From: a virus
Lineage: Duplodnaviria > Heunggongvirae > Uroviricota > Caudoviricetes
Reading direction: 5' to 3' (one strand)
Length of the DNA stretch: 64,000 nt
Virus record (IMG/VR): IMGVR_UViG_2737471844_000002
Coordinates: 10,565-74,564 of that record
Shown: positions 37,541 through 47,468 of the stretch, piece by piece
How the letters are laid out: every line of letters begins with the position of its first letter
Position numbering within the stretch: the first letter of the stretch is position 1
Program-made: the position numbers and the translations under genes
The notes under the pieces: generated by a model
The model's database searches: none
What the model was told of the DNA's origin: nothing
The model's input: the letters and a program-made list of their open reading frames with translations, nothing else

Positions 37541-39741
37541 TGGAAAGGAACTTACTTTTAGGTAACGGTCATGTTCTGACAAAAAAGGAACCTTTGCCTA
37601 AAGGAAGGGATGGTAAGCGCTATCCCTATACTCTTGAAGAAGTAAGGGAGCATTTAAACCCAGAGATTGATACTTTACTCTCACGCTTTCGCAGTTTGGA
37701 TGATGCGGCTAAGCCAAGGGGGGAGAGTGTATTCAATTTAACTTTACACCCAGCGTTTTTGGGTAAAAGCTACTTTCCGGAAGGATTGCTTAGAGCGACA
37801 GGTTTACGGGATGTCGGTAGCCGTCAGGTAATCATTCGCCCACGGAAAGCGGCACGTCAGTGCGATCAGAATAAGGACTTAGTAACGGCGCAACTGTTTG
37901 TTAGCGGTGATGATGATGCCGTTATAAGATTTAAGGAAATTTTAAATTCCCCTACAGCTCCGAAGGGCGTACAAAAGGATTTGATCGAAATTGAAAGTGT
38001 TAGCTTTTTTGAAGGAAAAGAGAGAGCACGCAATTTTGAGCATGCGAAAAGTGATTTGATAAAATTTGAAGTGGTTCTTCATGCTGGGGTTGAAGACGAT
38101 GATATCGTTAAAGCCTATATTAGCTATGCGGCACAATATGATGTCTCTGTTGATTACAAAAGTAGAATCCAAGTTGGTGGGCTGACTTTCATCGTTGCAC
38201 ACGCGCGACCTGAAGATATGAAAAAAACACTCGATTTTTCATTAATCCGCGTTGTGCGGCCGATGCCGTCTCTCAGGTGTACTCAGCCGAACATTGTCAG
38301 AAAGTTATCTAATATAGTTACACCGGAGCTCCCTAATTCTAAAGCTGTTCTTGAATCCGAACGTATTGCCATTTTTGATGGTGGCTTGGGGACAGCTGAC
38401 TTGAGTAATTGGGTTACGGAATACGTGTATCCAGACACCAAAGAAACAAGCGGATTATTATTGCAGCACGGTAATGAAGTGACATCCACTTTCTTATTCG
38501 GACGTGTCGAGGAAAATGCACCTTCTTTTAAAAGACCGTTTATGAATGTAGATCATTATAGAGTTCTTTCACCGACATCAGGTGACAATGGCAATTGGGA
38601 TTTATTTGATGTCCTTAAGAAAATACAGTCCGTTCTTGATAGTGGTGACTATAAGTTCGCTAATCTAAGTATTGGTCCTCATCTTCCAATTGGTGATGAT
38701 GAGGTTCATGTATGGACTGCTGTTTTAGACCAAATCTGTGCTAAGCATGGGATATTACTTACTGTTGCTGTTGGGAATGATGGCAATGAGGACGGTGATG
38801 CAGCGAGAATACAACCTCCTTCCGATATGGTAAACGCGCTAGCGATTGGTGCTGCTGATCGTAGCGGTGAAAAATGGGGGCGGGCACCATATAGCTGTAT
38901 TGGGCCAGGCAGAAGCCCCGGATTCGTTAAACCTGATGGTGTTATTTTTGGTGGAAGCGACGACGAGCCTTTTTACACTTACAACCCTCTGCTTGGTTCT
39001 ATAGTTGGAGTTCAAGGAACCAGTTATGCCTCTCCATTAGCATTGAGAACGGCCGCTGGAGTTGCGGCTCTATCAGGAACTCCATTGAACACCATTGCAT
39101 TGAAAGCGTTGCTTGTTCATCATGCTGAAACATCAAGAAAATATTCGCGTGAACATATCGGTTGGGGACGGTTTAGTGAGGATCCTAACGTTTTAATCGA
39201 TTGTCCAAATGATACTGCTACAGTAATTTACTATGGTTCATTAGCAAAAAATAAATATTTAAGGGCACCGATCCCATTCCCTGATGTTCCCTTTGACGAA
39301 GCATTTGAGCTTACCGCTACTTTATGCATTCAAACCCCAGTAGATCCTGAACATTCAGTAAACTATACAAGGGCCGGTATGCAGGTAACTTTCCGCCCAA
39401 GATTCGGCCTTGACGATACCGATACAGATGATTTCTTTGGTCAAAAAAGCCAGTATAAGACTGAAAGGGAGTGTAGGAGTGAAGGTCATAAATGGGAAAC
39501 TTGTTTGCACAGAAGCAAAAAGTTCAGTGCTGATACATTATTAAGCGATCCAGTTTTTGATATACGGTATCATGCCCGAGATTCTTCGCGCCATGTTAAG
39601 GGAGTTTCAGCCCCTGATATGCAATATGCGATGGTAATAAGCGTAAGGGTAAAAGACTTTGATTTATATAATGTTATTCGCCAGCGATATACAATTCTGA
39701 ATCCTATTCAACTGCGCACACAAATTTCTCTCGACACGTAA
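37537..39741 (+). CDS. S8 subtilisin-like serine protease with N- and C-terminal extensions
   Basis: 734-aa ORF with ATGA overlap to the ATPase gene; catalytic triad motifs IAIFDGGLG (Asp codon 38377-38379), LQHGNEV (His codon 38467-38469), GTSYASP (Ser codon 39022-39024) in canonical D-H-S order and spacing. Confidence 0.8.
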   Translation: MMERNLLLGNGHVLTKKEPLPKGRDGKRYPYTLEEVREHLNPEIDTLLSRFRSLDDAAKPRGESVFNLTLHPAFLGKSYFPEGLLRATGLRDVGSRQVIIRPRKAARQCDQNKDLVTAQLFVSGDDDAVIRFKEILNSPTAPKGVQKDLIEIESVSFFEGKERARNFEHAKSDLIKFEVVLHAGVEDDDIVKAYISYAAQYDVSVDYKSRIQVGGLTFIVAHARPEDMKKTLDFSLIRVVRPMPSLRCTQPNIVRKLSNIVTPELPNSKAVLESERIAIFDGGLGTADLSNWVTEYVYPDTKETSGLLLQHGNEVTSTFLFGRVEENAPSFKRPFMNVDHYRVLSPTSGDNGNWDLFDVLKKIQSVLDSGDYKFANLSIGPHLPIGDDEVHVWTAVLDQICAKHGILLTVAVGNDGNEDGDAARIQPPSDMVNALAIGAADRSGEKWGRAPYSCIGPGRSPGFVKPDGVIFGGSDDEPFYTYNPLLGSIVGVQGTSYASPLALRTAAGVAALSGTPLNTIALKALLVHHAETSRKYSREHIGWGRFSEDPNVLIDCPNDTATVIYYGSLAKNKYLRAPIPFPDVPFDEAFELTATLCIQTPVDPEHSVNYTRAGMQVTFRPRFGLDDTDTDDFFGQKSQYKTERECRSEGHKWETCLHRSKKFSADTLLSDPVFDIRYHARDSSRHVKGVSAPDMQYAMVISVRVKDFDLYNVIRQRYTILNPIQLRTQISLDT

Positions 39742-39748
39742 TTTTTAT

Positions 39749-39771
39749 GGCCGCGAAAGCGGCCTTTTTTC
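39749..39771 (+). terminator. rho-independent terminator
   Basis: ggccgc gaaa gcggcc hairpin followed by tttttt, 8 nt after the protease stop. Confidence 0.6.
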
Positions 39772-40077
39772 TGTAATTTTTTTATGAATTTACATGCACG
39801 ATAGTGCACAAATTTGCACAATTTTTTTGAACGAATTTTTGCCCTTCTGGCCCGCGTGGCGGCTGGATCCGTCAGGGATCCGTGCGTGCACAAAAAAACG
39901 CGCTTTTTCTGCGCGCAGGTGACGGGGGAACAGCCCGCGTTTCAGGGGGTAAATAGCATTCCCTGAACGATGTCGCAGCGACACAACAGAATGGCTGTAT
40001 TTCTCACGCTGAACGTGAAAAAGGCGTGAGGGATTCTGATTTGATGGGGTGAAAGGTAAGGCCGTCAAAATCGCACT

Positions 40078-40096
40078 GAGGCGGCGAAGAACATGC
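40078..40096. other. candidate P2-type cos site
   Basis: gaggcggcgaagaacatgc resembles the recalled P2 cohesive-end sequence and lies in the expected position upstream of Q. Confidence 0.3.
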
Positions 40097-40193
40097 AGTC
40101 AACGCGGTGGGATTGCGTAAAAGTCTGACCGCCGATGATGGCAATAAGCAGAAAAGCGTCGTGAAATTATCTGATTGATACAGGAGCTGGAGA

Positions 40194-40222
40194 GCCGGGG
40201 CATAAATTTTTTATGCCCCGGC
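40194..40222 (-). terminator. hairpin downstream of Q (possible terminator)
   Basis: gccggggcata aatttttt atgccccggc inverted repeat about 25 nt beyond the Q stop. Confidence 0.35.
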
Positions 40223-40246
40223 GAAGCAGCAGACAAGCGAAGCGCG

Positions 40247-41293
40247 TCAGGATGTGGGCTGGGTATCTAACAGTGCGTAAGGGTTAAAGCGGATCACCTC
40301 TTCGCCAAGCCAGTCATTGATGTGCTTCATGGCCTCCATGACGGGCATCAGCTCGTTAATTGCGTAAACCCGCGCGGCCTTCTCCACATCACCAAACGCA
40401 CTTTTTTCACCCGGCATCGCCCCCATCAGTTGCGGCGGAACGCGGTGCGCAGCCAGCACATCATCACGGGATGCCGCCTTAACATTCATGAACTCATCCT
40501 TTGCGGTGATCTGCTGGAACGGCAAAATTTGCACACCTTCTTTGCCACCGTTGGGCGCATGAATGAGCACGTTTTTAAATGCACCACCACCACGCGCACC
40601 CTGTAACGTTTCTTTCAGGGAGTCCATGCTTTCGCGGTTTACCTGCGCTGCACCGATGTAGATGATGCACCCGGCGTGGGATCCGTTGTCGTAATACAGT
40701 TTTCTGAACATGTCCGCCGAATGAGACAGGCTGGCCGAGAGTAATGCGCCGAGATATTCCGGCATGCCGTAGATTTCCTGGTTAATGTCAGGATTCATCA
40801 GGTGGCACACTTTGCCAGGGCGAAACTGAAACGCATCCTTGCCATCCTGCACATACCACCATGATTCAAGATCGCTTCCGCGTCGCATGTATTTCGCCAG
40901 GGCGTGCCGTAATTTAAGCGGTTCGCCGAGCATATTGCTTCGAAGCTCAAGGAATGCGTTACCGAACACAAACCAGTCCAGCGCCAGCGCCGAGAAATCC
41001 TGCCGGGAAAGCAGCGGGTGCGGAATATAGCAGCCGAGCAATACATTGCGCTTAAAGTAAAGCGCAGACTGATGCCAGGACGTTTGCCGGGCAGCTCTTG
41101 CCAGACCGTACCAGTCCACCGGGGTTTCATACCACCGCCCGTTATCAGCACAGTACATATTGTCCAGCAGGTCATGCCCGGTCAGGCGATAAGGACCATC
41201 AAATGTGAATGCACTGAGCGATGATTCTTTCCTGAGCGCATCAGCGAGATCAATGCGTGAACTCATGCGCACTTTTTTATTTTTTCTGCTCAT
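40247..41293 (-). CDS. Q: P2-type portal protein gpQ
   Basis: 348-aa ORF; start codon overlaps the P stop (ATGA); P2 Q-like sequence and position. Confidence 0.8.
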   Translation of the reverse strand: MSRKNKKVRMSSRIDLADALRKESSLSAFTFDGPYRLTGHDLLDNMYCADNGRWYETPVDWYGLARAARQTSWHQSALYFKRNVLLGCYIPHPLLSRQDFSALALDWFVFGNAFLELRSNMLGEPLKLRHALAKYMRRGSDLESWWYVQDGKDAFQFRPGKVCHLMNPDINQEIYGMPEYLGALLSASLSHSADMFRKLYYDNGSHAGCIIYIGAAQVNRESMDSLKETLQGARGGGAFKNVLIHAPNGGKEGVQILPFQQITAKDEFMNVKAASRDDVLAAHRVPPQLMGAMPGEKSAFGDVEKAARVYAINELMPVMEAMKHINDWLGEEVIRFNPYALLDTQPTS

Positions 41294-43044
41294 CAGAACT
41301 CCATAACCGTGAAACGCTCGTTTTCTCCTTCGCCGCCAATCGGTTCGTTAATGACAGCAAGCATGGTTGCCCACGCAAGGTCGCCGTGGCTGATCCCCCT
41401 CGCGCGGTCCGTTTCGTAAGTGATAAAGCCGCCCGGTGTTTTCACCTTACGCACGGCGTTAAAGGCCGCGACCAGCTCGCGTTCGGCGCGATCGTATTCC
41501 CAGCGCCCGGCACGCATTATTTGCAGCATTTTCAGTACCAGCGACCGTTTTGATGACAGCGTGAAGGTGTACGGAATAGCAGCAGGGAAAAACCGTTTCA
41601 CTATCTGATAAACAGCCTCCCCGTTCCCGCCCGTCACATCAATGCCGATGTGTTCCACGTTGTAGCGACACGTGAACTCTTCAATGACTCTGGCCTGTTC
41701 TTCAAACTCCAGCCCCTGAACGCGTCGCGTCTCCACCGTTCGAAAACGGCCACCAGGAACAGCCGGAGGAACCACCACGGACAAAGCGCCGCTGTCGCCG
41801 TTGCCACTGCTGCCGTTTGCGTCATACCCAATCCATACCGGACGATTCCCCATCGGGCGGGGAGCAAAAGGTTTCCAGTCTTTCCAGTCGTCGTATCCGT
41901 CAACACCGCAGCCAATCAGGATATTCAGGTTAAATGCCGATTCCCCTTCGCGGACAAACTCACACATATAGAGATTGAGGAACTCGTCTTCGGTGTTTTC
42001 ATCACGAATTTCGTCGATATCGGTGTGTTTCCAGCCGTGATTAACCACATCTTCCAGCGTGACAATTTGCCGCCATGTCCGGTCAGGGCAGATAAGCCCG
42101 TTATGCAGCGTTTTCCAGTCCACAAAAAAACGCTGGCGTTTATGCGAGGCCTTTTTCTCGTTCCAGCGGTCGCCATTCCAGTAGGCGTATGCCTCGTGCG
42201 TTTCGGTGGATGGCGTGGAGAAGTAGGTGCGCCGCAGTCCGCTGAGGGTTGCCATAGCGCCAGCCACCTTGCGCAGTTCAGCAAAGCGACTGACCCAGAA
42301 AAATTCATCAAAATAAAAATTGCCCGTATAGGACTGTGCCGACGCAGCAGAAGTGCCGAGAAAATGCAGCTCTGCGCCGTTGGAGAGGATGATTTTATCG
42401 CCCCCTTTCAGCTCCACATCAACTTCAGCCGCGGCCTTCTGAATAATGCTTTTAAACTGGAACGCCTGACGACGCGACGCAGACAAAAAAATCTGGTTAC
42501 GCTGGTAAGGTTGCGCCACATCGTCACGCAGCGCCATCAGCAGCGCTTCCTGTGCAAAATACCAGGTCGCCCCAATCTGTCGGGATTTCAGGATCATCCT
42601 GTTACGTATCCCGGCTTCCCTGCAAAGGGTCAGGGAGTCAAACCAGCCCCGCTGATGCCACTCCAGCCTGCTGATGATTTTTTCCCGCAGTGCGGCAATC
42701 TGTTCCGGCGTGAAATGATTTTTGAGTTTTTTCGCCCGGCCTTTCTTTCCTGCGGCCATCACATCCGGCTGGCCATCATGCAGCTTTTTAAGCTGCCGGG
42801 TCAGCAGGTCTATTTCCTTAAAGTCACCGCCTGTTTTATTCTGTTTTTCAGTAAGCTGGATGAGGCGCGCATCGATGGACTGCGTGACACGCTGCACGGG
42901 TGGCGTTTCATCCCACTGGTCGCGTTTTTTCCACGCATAAATCGTGTTCGGGTTTATTCCCATCAGACGTGATATTTCTGCGGGCGGATAACCCTGCCAG
43001 TAAAGTTGCCGCGCACGCTGGCGCACAAAAGCGTCCTGAATCAT
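41293..43044 (-). CDS. P: P2-type terminase ATPase subunit gpP
   Basis: 583-aa ORF; divergent from O as in P2. Confidence 0.85.
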   Translation of the reverse strand: MIQDAFVRQRARQLYWQGYPPAEISRLMGINPNTIYAWKKRDQWDETPPVQRVTQSIDARLIQLTEKQNKTGGDFKEIDLLTRQLKKLHDGQPDVMAAGKKGRAKKLKNHFTPEQIAALREKIISRLEWHQRGWFDSLTLCREAGIRNRMILKSRQIGATWYFAQEALLMALRDDVAQPYQRNQIFLSASRRQAFQFKSIIQKAAAEVDVELKGGDKIILSNGAELHFLGTSAASAQSYTGNFYFDEFFWVSRFAELRKVAGAMATLSGLRRTYFSTPSTETHEAYAYWNGDRWNEKKASHKRQRFFVDWKTLHNGLICPDRTWRQIVTLEDVVNHGWKHTDIDEIRDENTEDEFLNLYMCEFVREGESAFNLNILIGCGVDGYDDWKDWKPFAPRPMGNRPVWIGYDANGSSGNGDSGALSVVVPPAVPGGRFRTVETRRVQGLEFEEQARVIEEFTCRYNVEHIGIDVTGGNGEAVYQIVKRFFPAAIPYTFTLSSKRSLVLKMLQIMRAGRWEYDRAERELVAAFNAVRKVKTPGGFITYETDRARGISHGDLAWATMLAVINEPIGGEGENERFTVMEF

Positions 43045-43198
43045 TGCTCCCCCTGAGTCATTACAGGAAGATTACCCGCGCGCGAAACCGTTCTCCTTAA
43101 CCCCCTGTTCTGGCCGTTTTCTTACAACAAAAGCCCTTTGTATCAGCCTGTTACGCTTTGCCATCATGACTGAAGAACCAGTCAGAGGGGCAAAAACT

Positions 43199-44035
43199 AT
43201 GGCTAATGAAAAAAAGACATCCCGCAAAAAGTTTCGCGTGGCTGTCTCCGGATCAACTGTTGATGGCCGCGAAATCAGCCCGGTACATCTGCGTGAAGCC
43301 GCCGAGAACTTCAACCCGGATGTTTACGCTGCCCGCGTGAACGTTGAGCACTATCTCTCGCCATGCCCGTCAAGCGAATTTTCCGCAATGGGCGATGTCA
43401 CCGCGCTGAGTACGGAAGATATTACGGAAGGCCCGCTGGCCGGACGTACTGCGCTGTATGCAGAAATCGAACCGACCGAGCGCATGAAGCAGCTTGTCGC
43501 TGACGGCAAGAAAATCTATTCCAGTATCGAACTGCACCCGCAGTTCTCCGTTAACGGGCGCGCCTATCTGGTCGGGCTGGCGATGACCGACACCCCGGCA
43601 AGCCTGGGCACTGAGCGCCTGAAATTTACGGCACAGCAACGTCAGGCGGTGATGACGTTCAACAGTGTCCAGGGTGAAGCACCGCTTATCTCCGAAGCCA
43701 TCGAGTCTGAAATCATCGAAATGGCAGAACAACGCCAGGAAGAAGGCACCCAGTGGTTTAACCGCGTAATGGGGATTATTGGTCGTGGCCGCAAAGCGGA
43801 TGGCGCCAGTTTCTCCCGTATTCAGGAAGCGGTGGAAGGTGTCGCAACGTCACAGGCCGACATTATCGACCGTTTTAATGTGCTGGAAACCCGCCATCAG
43901 CAGGACAGCCAGAAAATCACTTTACTGACCACAGAGCTGGCAGCACTGAAGGAAAAACTGCGCACGCAGGACGGCGATCCGCAGAACCGGTTCACCGCAA
44001 CAGGTGCAGCCTCCGACCAGCTGGCTGACTTCTGA
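43199..44035 (+). CDS. O: capsid scaffolding protein gpO
   Basis: ATG 43199 with gagggg SD upstream (track ATG 43166 is an alternative); 278-aa product close to P2 gpO length. Confidence 0.75.
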   Translation: MANEKKTSRKKFRVAVSGSTVDGREISPVHLREAAENFNPDVYAARVNVEHYLSPCPSSEFSAMGDVTALSTEDITEGPLAGRTALYAEIEPTERMKQLVADGKKIYSSIELHPQFSVNGRAYLVGLAMTDTPASLGTERLKFTAQQRQAVMTFNSVQGEAPLISEAIESEIIEMAEQRQEEGTQWFNRVMGIIGRGRKADGASFSRIQEAVEGVATSQADIIDRFNVLETRHQQDSQKITLLTTELAALKEKLRTQDGDPQNRFTATGAASDQLADF

Positions 44036-44058
44036 TAAGACAAAGGAGCAAATTTTTT

Positions 44059-45111
44059 ATGAATCTGGTGATGTCAGATATTACCCGCAACAAGCTGGGT
44101 TGCTATATGGCGCAGCAGGCGTCGCTTAATAATATCCCGGTTTCCGCACTGGTATCGCGATTTACCGTAGAACCCTCGGTGCAGCAGCGTTTTGAAAACG
44201 CCTCAAAGGAAAGTACCGAATTTACGAAAAGAATTAACGTGATCGGCGTGACCGACCAGAAAGGCGAAAAAATCCTCCCGGATACCACAGGACCGATTGC
44301 GCGCACGAATACCAGTTATGACGGCACAAAACGCCGTAACCCGAATAACGTGGTTGATCTGAAAAACCGCAAATACCAGTGCGAACAGGTGAACTACGAC
44401 ACGTTTATTTCGTATCCGCAGCTTGATGCCTGGTCGGCACACCCTGATTTTCAGTCCCGCATCAGCGCACAGATTGCCCGACAGGTGGCACTTGACCGCA
44501 TCATGATCGGTTTCAACGGCACGTCTCACGCGGATGAGTCCAACTTCAGCACCAACAAGTTGCTTCAGGACGTTAACGTGGGGTGGCTGGAGCACATCAG
44601 AACCGACGCCAGCGAACGCGTTATGAATGACGTGACGCTGACCTCCCGTAACATGGACAACACCGTGGCGCACGCGGGTAAGTATGCGAACGCTGATGCA
44701 CTGGTACAGGACGCGCGCTCATCCCTGCTGGATGAATGGCACAAGGAAGCTGACGACCTCGTGGTGATTATGGGGCGCAACCTGTTTAACTCGCTGCGTC
44801 TGCCCGTGCTGAACAGCATCAGCGGCCAGAATCCCAATGCGGAATTACTTGCCGGGCAGCTCATTCTGTCATCGCGCACCATTGGCGGTCTGGGCGTGTT
44901 CCTTGCGCCGTTCTTCCCGGATTCAACGATGCTGATCACCTCGTTCAACAACCTGTCGATTTACTGGCAGAAAGGTTCAATGCGTCGTCTGATGAAAGAT
45001 GAACCGGAATACAACCGCATCGCCACCTACCAGTCCATCAATGACGCTTATGTCGTTGAAGACTATGGCAAGTGCGCGATGGTCACTGGCCTGAAGTTCG
45101 CCGACAGCTAA
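44059..45111 (+). CDS. N: major capsid protein gpN
   Basis: 350-aa ORF with aaaggag SD; strong resemblance to P2 gpN (FTVEPS..., FNGT..., LQDV.VGWL...). Confidence 0.8.
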   Translation: MNLVMSDITRNKLGCYMAQQASLNNIPVSALVSRFTVEPSVQQRFENASKESTEFTKRINVIGVTDQKGEKILPDTTGPIARTNTSYDGTKRRNPNNVVDLKNRKYQCEQVNYDTFISYPQLDAWSAHPDFQSRISAQIARQVALDRIMIGFNGTSHADESNFSTNKLLQDVNVGWLEHIRTDASERVMNDVTLTSRNMDNTVAHAGKYANADALVQDARSSLLDEWHKEADDLVVIMGRNLFNSLRLPVLNSISGQNPNAELLAGQLILSSRTIGGLGVFLAPFFPDSTMLITSFNNLSIYWQKGSMRRLMKDEPEYNRIATYQSINDAYVVEDYGKCAMVTGLKFADS

Positions 45112-45156
45112 TCAACTCACGGCGGGCATCATGCCCGCCTGTAACGGAGAGAAAAA

Positions 45157-45957
45157 ATGATTACTCCTGCACAGCAACACTGGCAGAACGTGATGGCACA
45201 GCGCGCAGGCCGGGCGAATGAAGGCGTGGACCACGCCGCGCGTACCGCGCATGAAGAGGTGCTGTATCGTCTGCGTCTGGCACAGGCCCGGCTTAAGGGC
45301 GTACAGGCCAGAAGCGCCAAAGCCGCCATCAAAAAAGAGTTGTTGCCGGACTTTTCCGGCTGGATTGAGGGAACACTGGAGGCTGACGGCGGGCAGCAGG
45401 ATGAAGTGATTGCCACGCTGATGGTGTGGGCGATTGACTGCGGCGATCTTCCGCTGGCGCTGCGTATTGGTGCATATGTGGTCCGTCACAACCTCATCAT
45501 GCCGGATAACTTTGGACGTACTGCTGCTACGGTACTGACCGAAGAAATCTGCAACCCGGTACTGACGCAGGCCGGGACGGATGCCGACGCGGATTTGTCC
45601 GCCTTTATCGAACCACTGGATACCCTCCGGGAGATTGTCGCCGACCAGGACATGCCGGACGAAGTGCGCGCCAAATTATGCAAGGCGTGCGCCTTTGCCC
45701 GCCGTGGCCTGACCGATGCGGACAGCATGGCCTCATCACTGAAGCTGCTGCGCGAAGCGATGCACCTGAACCCGAACGCAGGTGTGAAACGCGAGATTGC
45801 AACCCTTTCCCGCGCTCTGAAAAAAGCCGATTCCGCAGCCGCACCAGAAGATGCCAGCACACCGCAGGCGCAGGACGAAAGCAGCAAAAGTAAAAAGACA
45901 ACGCGGAAGCCTGCAACACGAAAAACCACCGCGACGCAGAAGGCGAAGCGCGGTTAA
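45157..45957 (+). CDS. M: terminase endonuclease (small) subunit gpM
   Basis: 266-aa ORF; shares MPDEVRAKL... and AGVK.EI... blocks with P2 gpM. Confidence 0.75.
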   Translation: MITPAQQHWQNVMAQRAGRANEGVDHAARTAHEEVLYRLRLAQARLKGVQARSAKAAIKKELLPDFSGWIEGTLEADGGQQDEVIATLMVWAIDCGDLPLALRIGAYVVRHNLIMPDNFGRTAATVLTEEICNPVLTQAGTDADADLSAFIEPLDTLREIVADQDMPDEVRAKLCKACAFARRGLTDADSMASSLKLLREAMHLNPNAGVKREIATLSRALKKADSAAAPEDASTPQAQDESSKSKKTTRKPATRKTTATQKAKRG

Positions 45958-46049
45958 CGACTGACCCCGTCAGCGGGCGGCGTGCGCGGTGTTCCGGTTT
46001 GACTCCGTGACCGTTTACACCGCGCACCCACCGCCCGATTTTTTCAGGA

Positions 46050-46553
46050 GTGAACCCCATGAGTATGGTTGCCAGAACCAACCCCGGACCCGCAGAGGAC
46101 GACATCACCGATACCGATGATGGTGATACCAGTATTTCAGCGGGTGCATTCTGGCCGGATATTGTGCTGCGTGAGCTGCGTCTGGCGGTACGACTGCCGG
46201 GGCGCGTGACCACCTCCCGCCTGCTGCATACCGCCACCGGAGCTGTGGCACACGTTACCCGCGAGCTGGAAGCATGGCAGCAGGAACAGCAGGCGGCTGG
46301 CCATCAGACGCTGGCCGATGTTCCGGCACCCGTAATTAACGGAGAAAGCGTCAATCTCTGGCACTGGCGCAATGCTGTTTATACCGCCACGCGCGCCCTG
46401 ATTCTGGAGCGTTATCGTGATGCAGACACAACGGACAAGGGCGACCGCCGGGCGGACGCACTGGATATACAGACATCGGATTTGTGGCGTGATGTGAGCT
46501 GGGCCATCTCTGACATTCTGTGCCGCCCGCGAATCTTTGCGGAGTTGTGCTGA
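46050..46553 (+). CDS. L: head completion/stabilization protein gpL
   Basis: 167-aa ORF; P2 gpL-like size and position. Confidence 0.75.
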   Translation: MNPMSMVARTNPGPAEDDITDTDDGDTSISAGAFWPDIVLRELRLAVRLPGRVTTSRLLHTATGAVAHVTRELEAWQQEQQAAGHQTLADVPAPVINGESVNLWHWRNAVYTATRALILERYRDADTTDKGDRRADALDIQTSDLWRDVSWAISDILCRPRIFAELC

Positions 46554-46753
46554 TGAAAGTGAAGGCACTGGAAGGCGACACCGTGGATTCGCTCTGTTTC
46601 CGGTACTACGGCACGACGCAGGGCGTCACCGAAAAGGTGCTGGATGCTAACCCCGGACTCTGTCAGCAGGTATTTCTGGACGCCGGGCAGGACGTGGAGA
46701 TGCCGGAGCCGGAGAAGAAGAAACGAGAAATGATTCAGTTGTGGGGGGAGTAG
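46553..46753 (+). CDS. X: tail protein gpX
   Basis: ATG 46553 overlapping the L stop (tgATGa); 66-aa product. Confidence 0.65.
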   Translation: MKVKALEGDTVDSLCFRYYGTTQGVTEKVLDANPGLCQQVFLDAGQDVEMPEPEKKKREMIQLWGE

Positions 46754-47079
46754 CAGTGAGCACCATTCAAACAGGGATCACAGAGCAGGTTATTGCGTGG
46801 CTCTTTGACCACCTGCCAACGGTGTATGCAGTAGGCGCGGCAGTCAGCATTTCCGCGCTGATGAGTCTTTATGACGGACGAACACTGGTTCAGACCGTAA
46901 CGGGATCGCTGGCGTGCGGCGTTCTTGCCATGGCCGTGGCCGGGTCGTTGCGCTTCTTCGGGTTTCCTGAAGATGCTGTGACGTTTATCGGCGCATCAAT
47001 CGGTTTTATGGGGGCAGAGAAAGCACGCGACAAGGTTATTGCGGCCTTTAATCGCAGGGTGAAGGAGAAGGACGAATGA
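46741..47079 (+). CDS. Y: holin (gpY-like)
   Basis: GTG 46741 or 46756; product has two hydrophobic helices and a charged C-terminus; directly upstream of the endolysin. Confidence 0.6.
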   Translation: MGGVAVSTIQTGITEQVIAWLFDHLPTVYAVGAAVSISALMSLYDGRTLVQTVTGSLACGVLAMAVAGSLRFFGFPEDAVTFIGASIGFMGAEKARDKVIAAFNRRVKEKDE

Positions 47080-47468
47080 GCAACACATTTAAATTCAGCA
47101 GCCGGAGCGAAAATAATTTGCAGGGCGTAAATCCTGATCTGGTGAAAGTGACCCGGCGGGCACTGGAAATCTCGGAAGTGGATTTTGGTATCACCGAAGG
47201 GTTGCGCAGCCGTTACCGCCAGAAGCAACTGGTGGCCACGGGTAAGAGCCAGACCATGAACAGCCGCCACCTTACGGGTCATGCCGTGGATGTTGTGGCT
47301 TATATCGGCAGCCAGGTGTCATGGGAATGGCCGCTGTACGAAAAAATCGCAACCGCATTCAGACAGGCCAGCCGGGAACTGAATATTCCGGTGGAATGGG
47401 GCGGCGACTGGAAGACCCTGAAAGACGGACCGCATTTTCAGTTACCACACGGAGCCTATCCGGCATGA
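47076..47468 (+). CDS. endolysin, M15-family peptidoglycan peptidase
   Basis: 130-aa ORF; zinc-peptidase motifs SRHLTGHAVD and EWGGDW...DGPHFQ typical of M15 L-alanyl-D-glutamate peptidases (not the P2 lysozyme type). Confidence 0.6.
   Translation: MSNTFKFSSRSENNLQGVNPDLVKVTRRALEISEVDFGITEGLRSRYRQKQLVATGKSQTMNSRHLTGHAVDVVAYIGSQVSWEWPLYEKIATAFRQASRELNIPVEWGGDWKTLKDGPHFQLPHGAYPA

Noticed and set aside
39780-39900. Direct repeats ggatccg (x2) and short hairpins between the protease terminator and the cos-like site
   Set aside because: Short and possibly chance; could belong to the packaging signal region but there is not enough evidence to call a feature.
43100-43170. Searched the divergent P/O intergenic region for the Ogr-dependent late promoter dyad TGT-N12-ACA
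   Set aside because: Only TGT-N15-ACA (43106-43126) and TGT-N12-TCA variants were found, not an exact match, so no Ogr box is annotated. The region is still probably the divergent late promoter.
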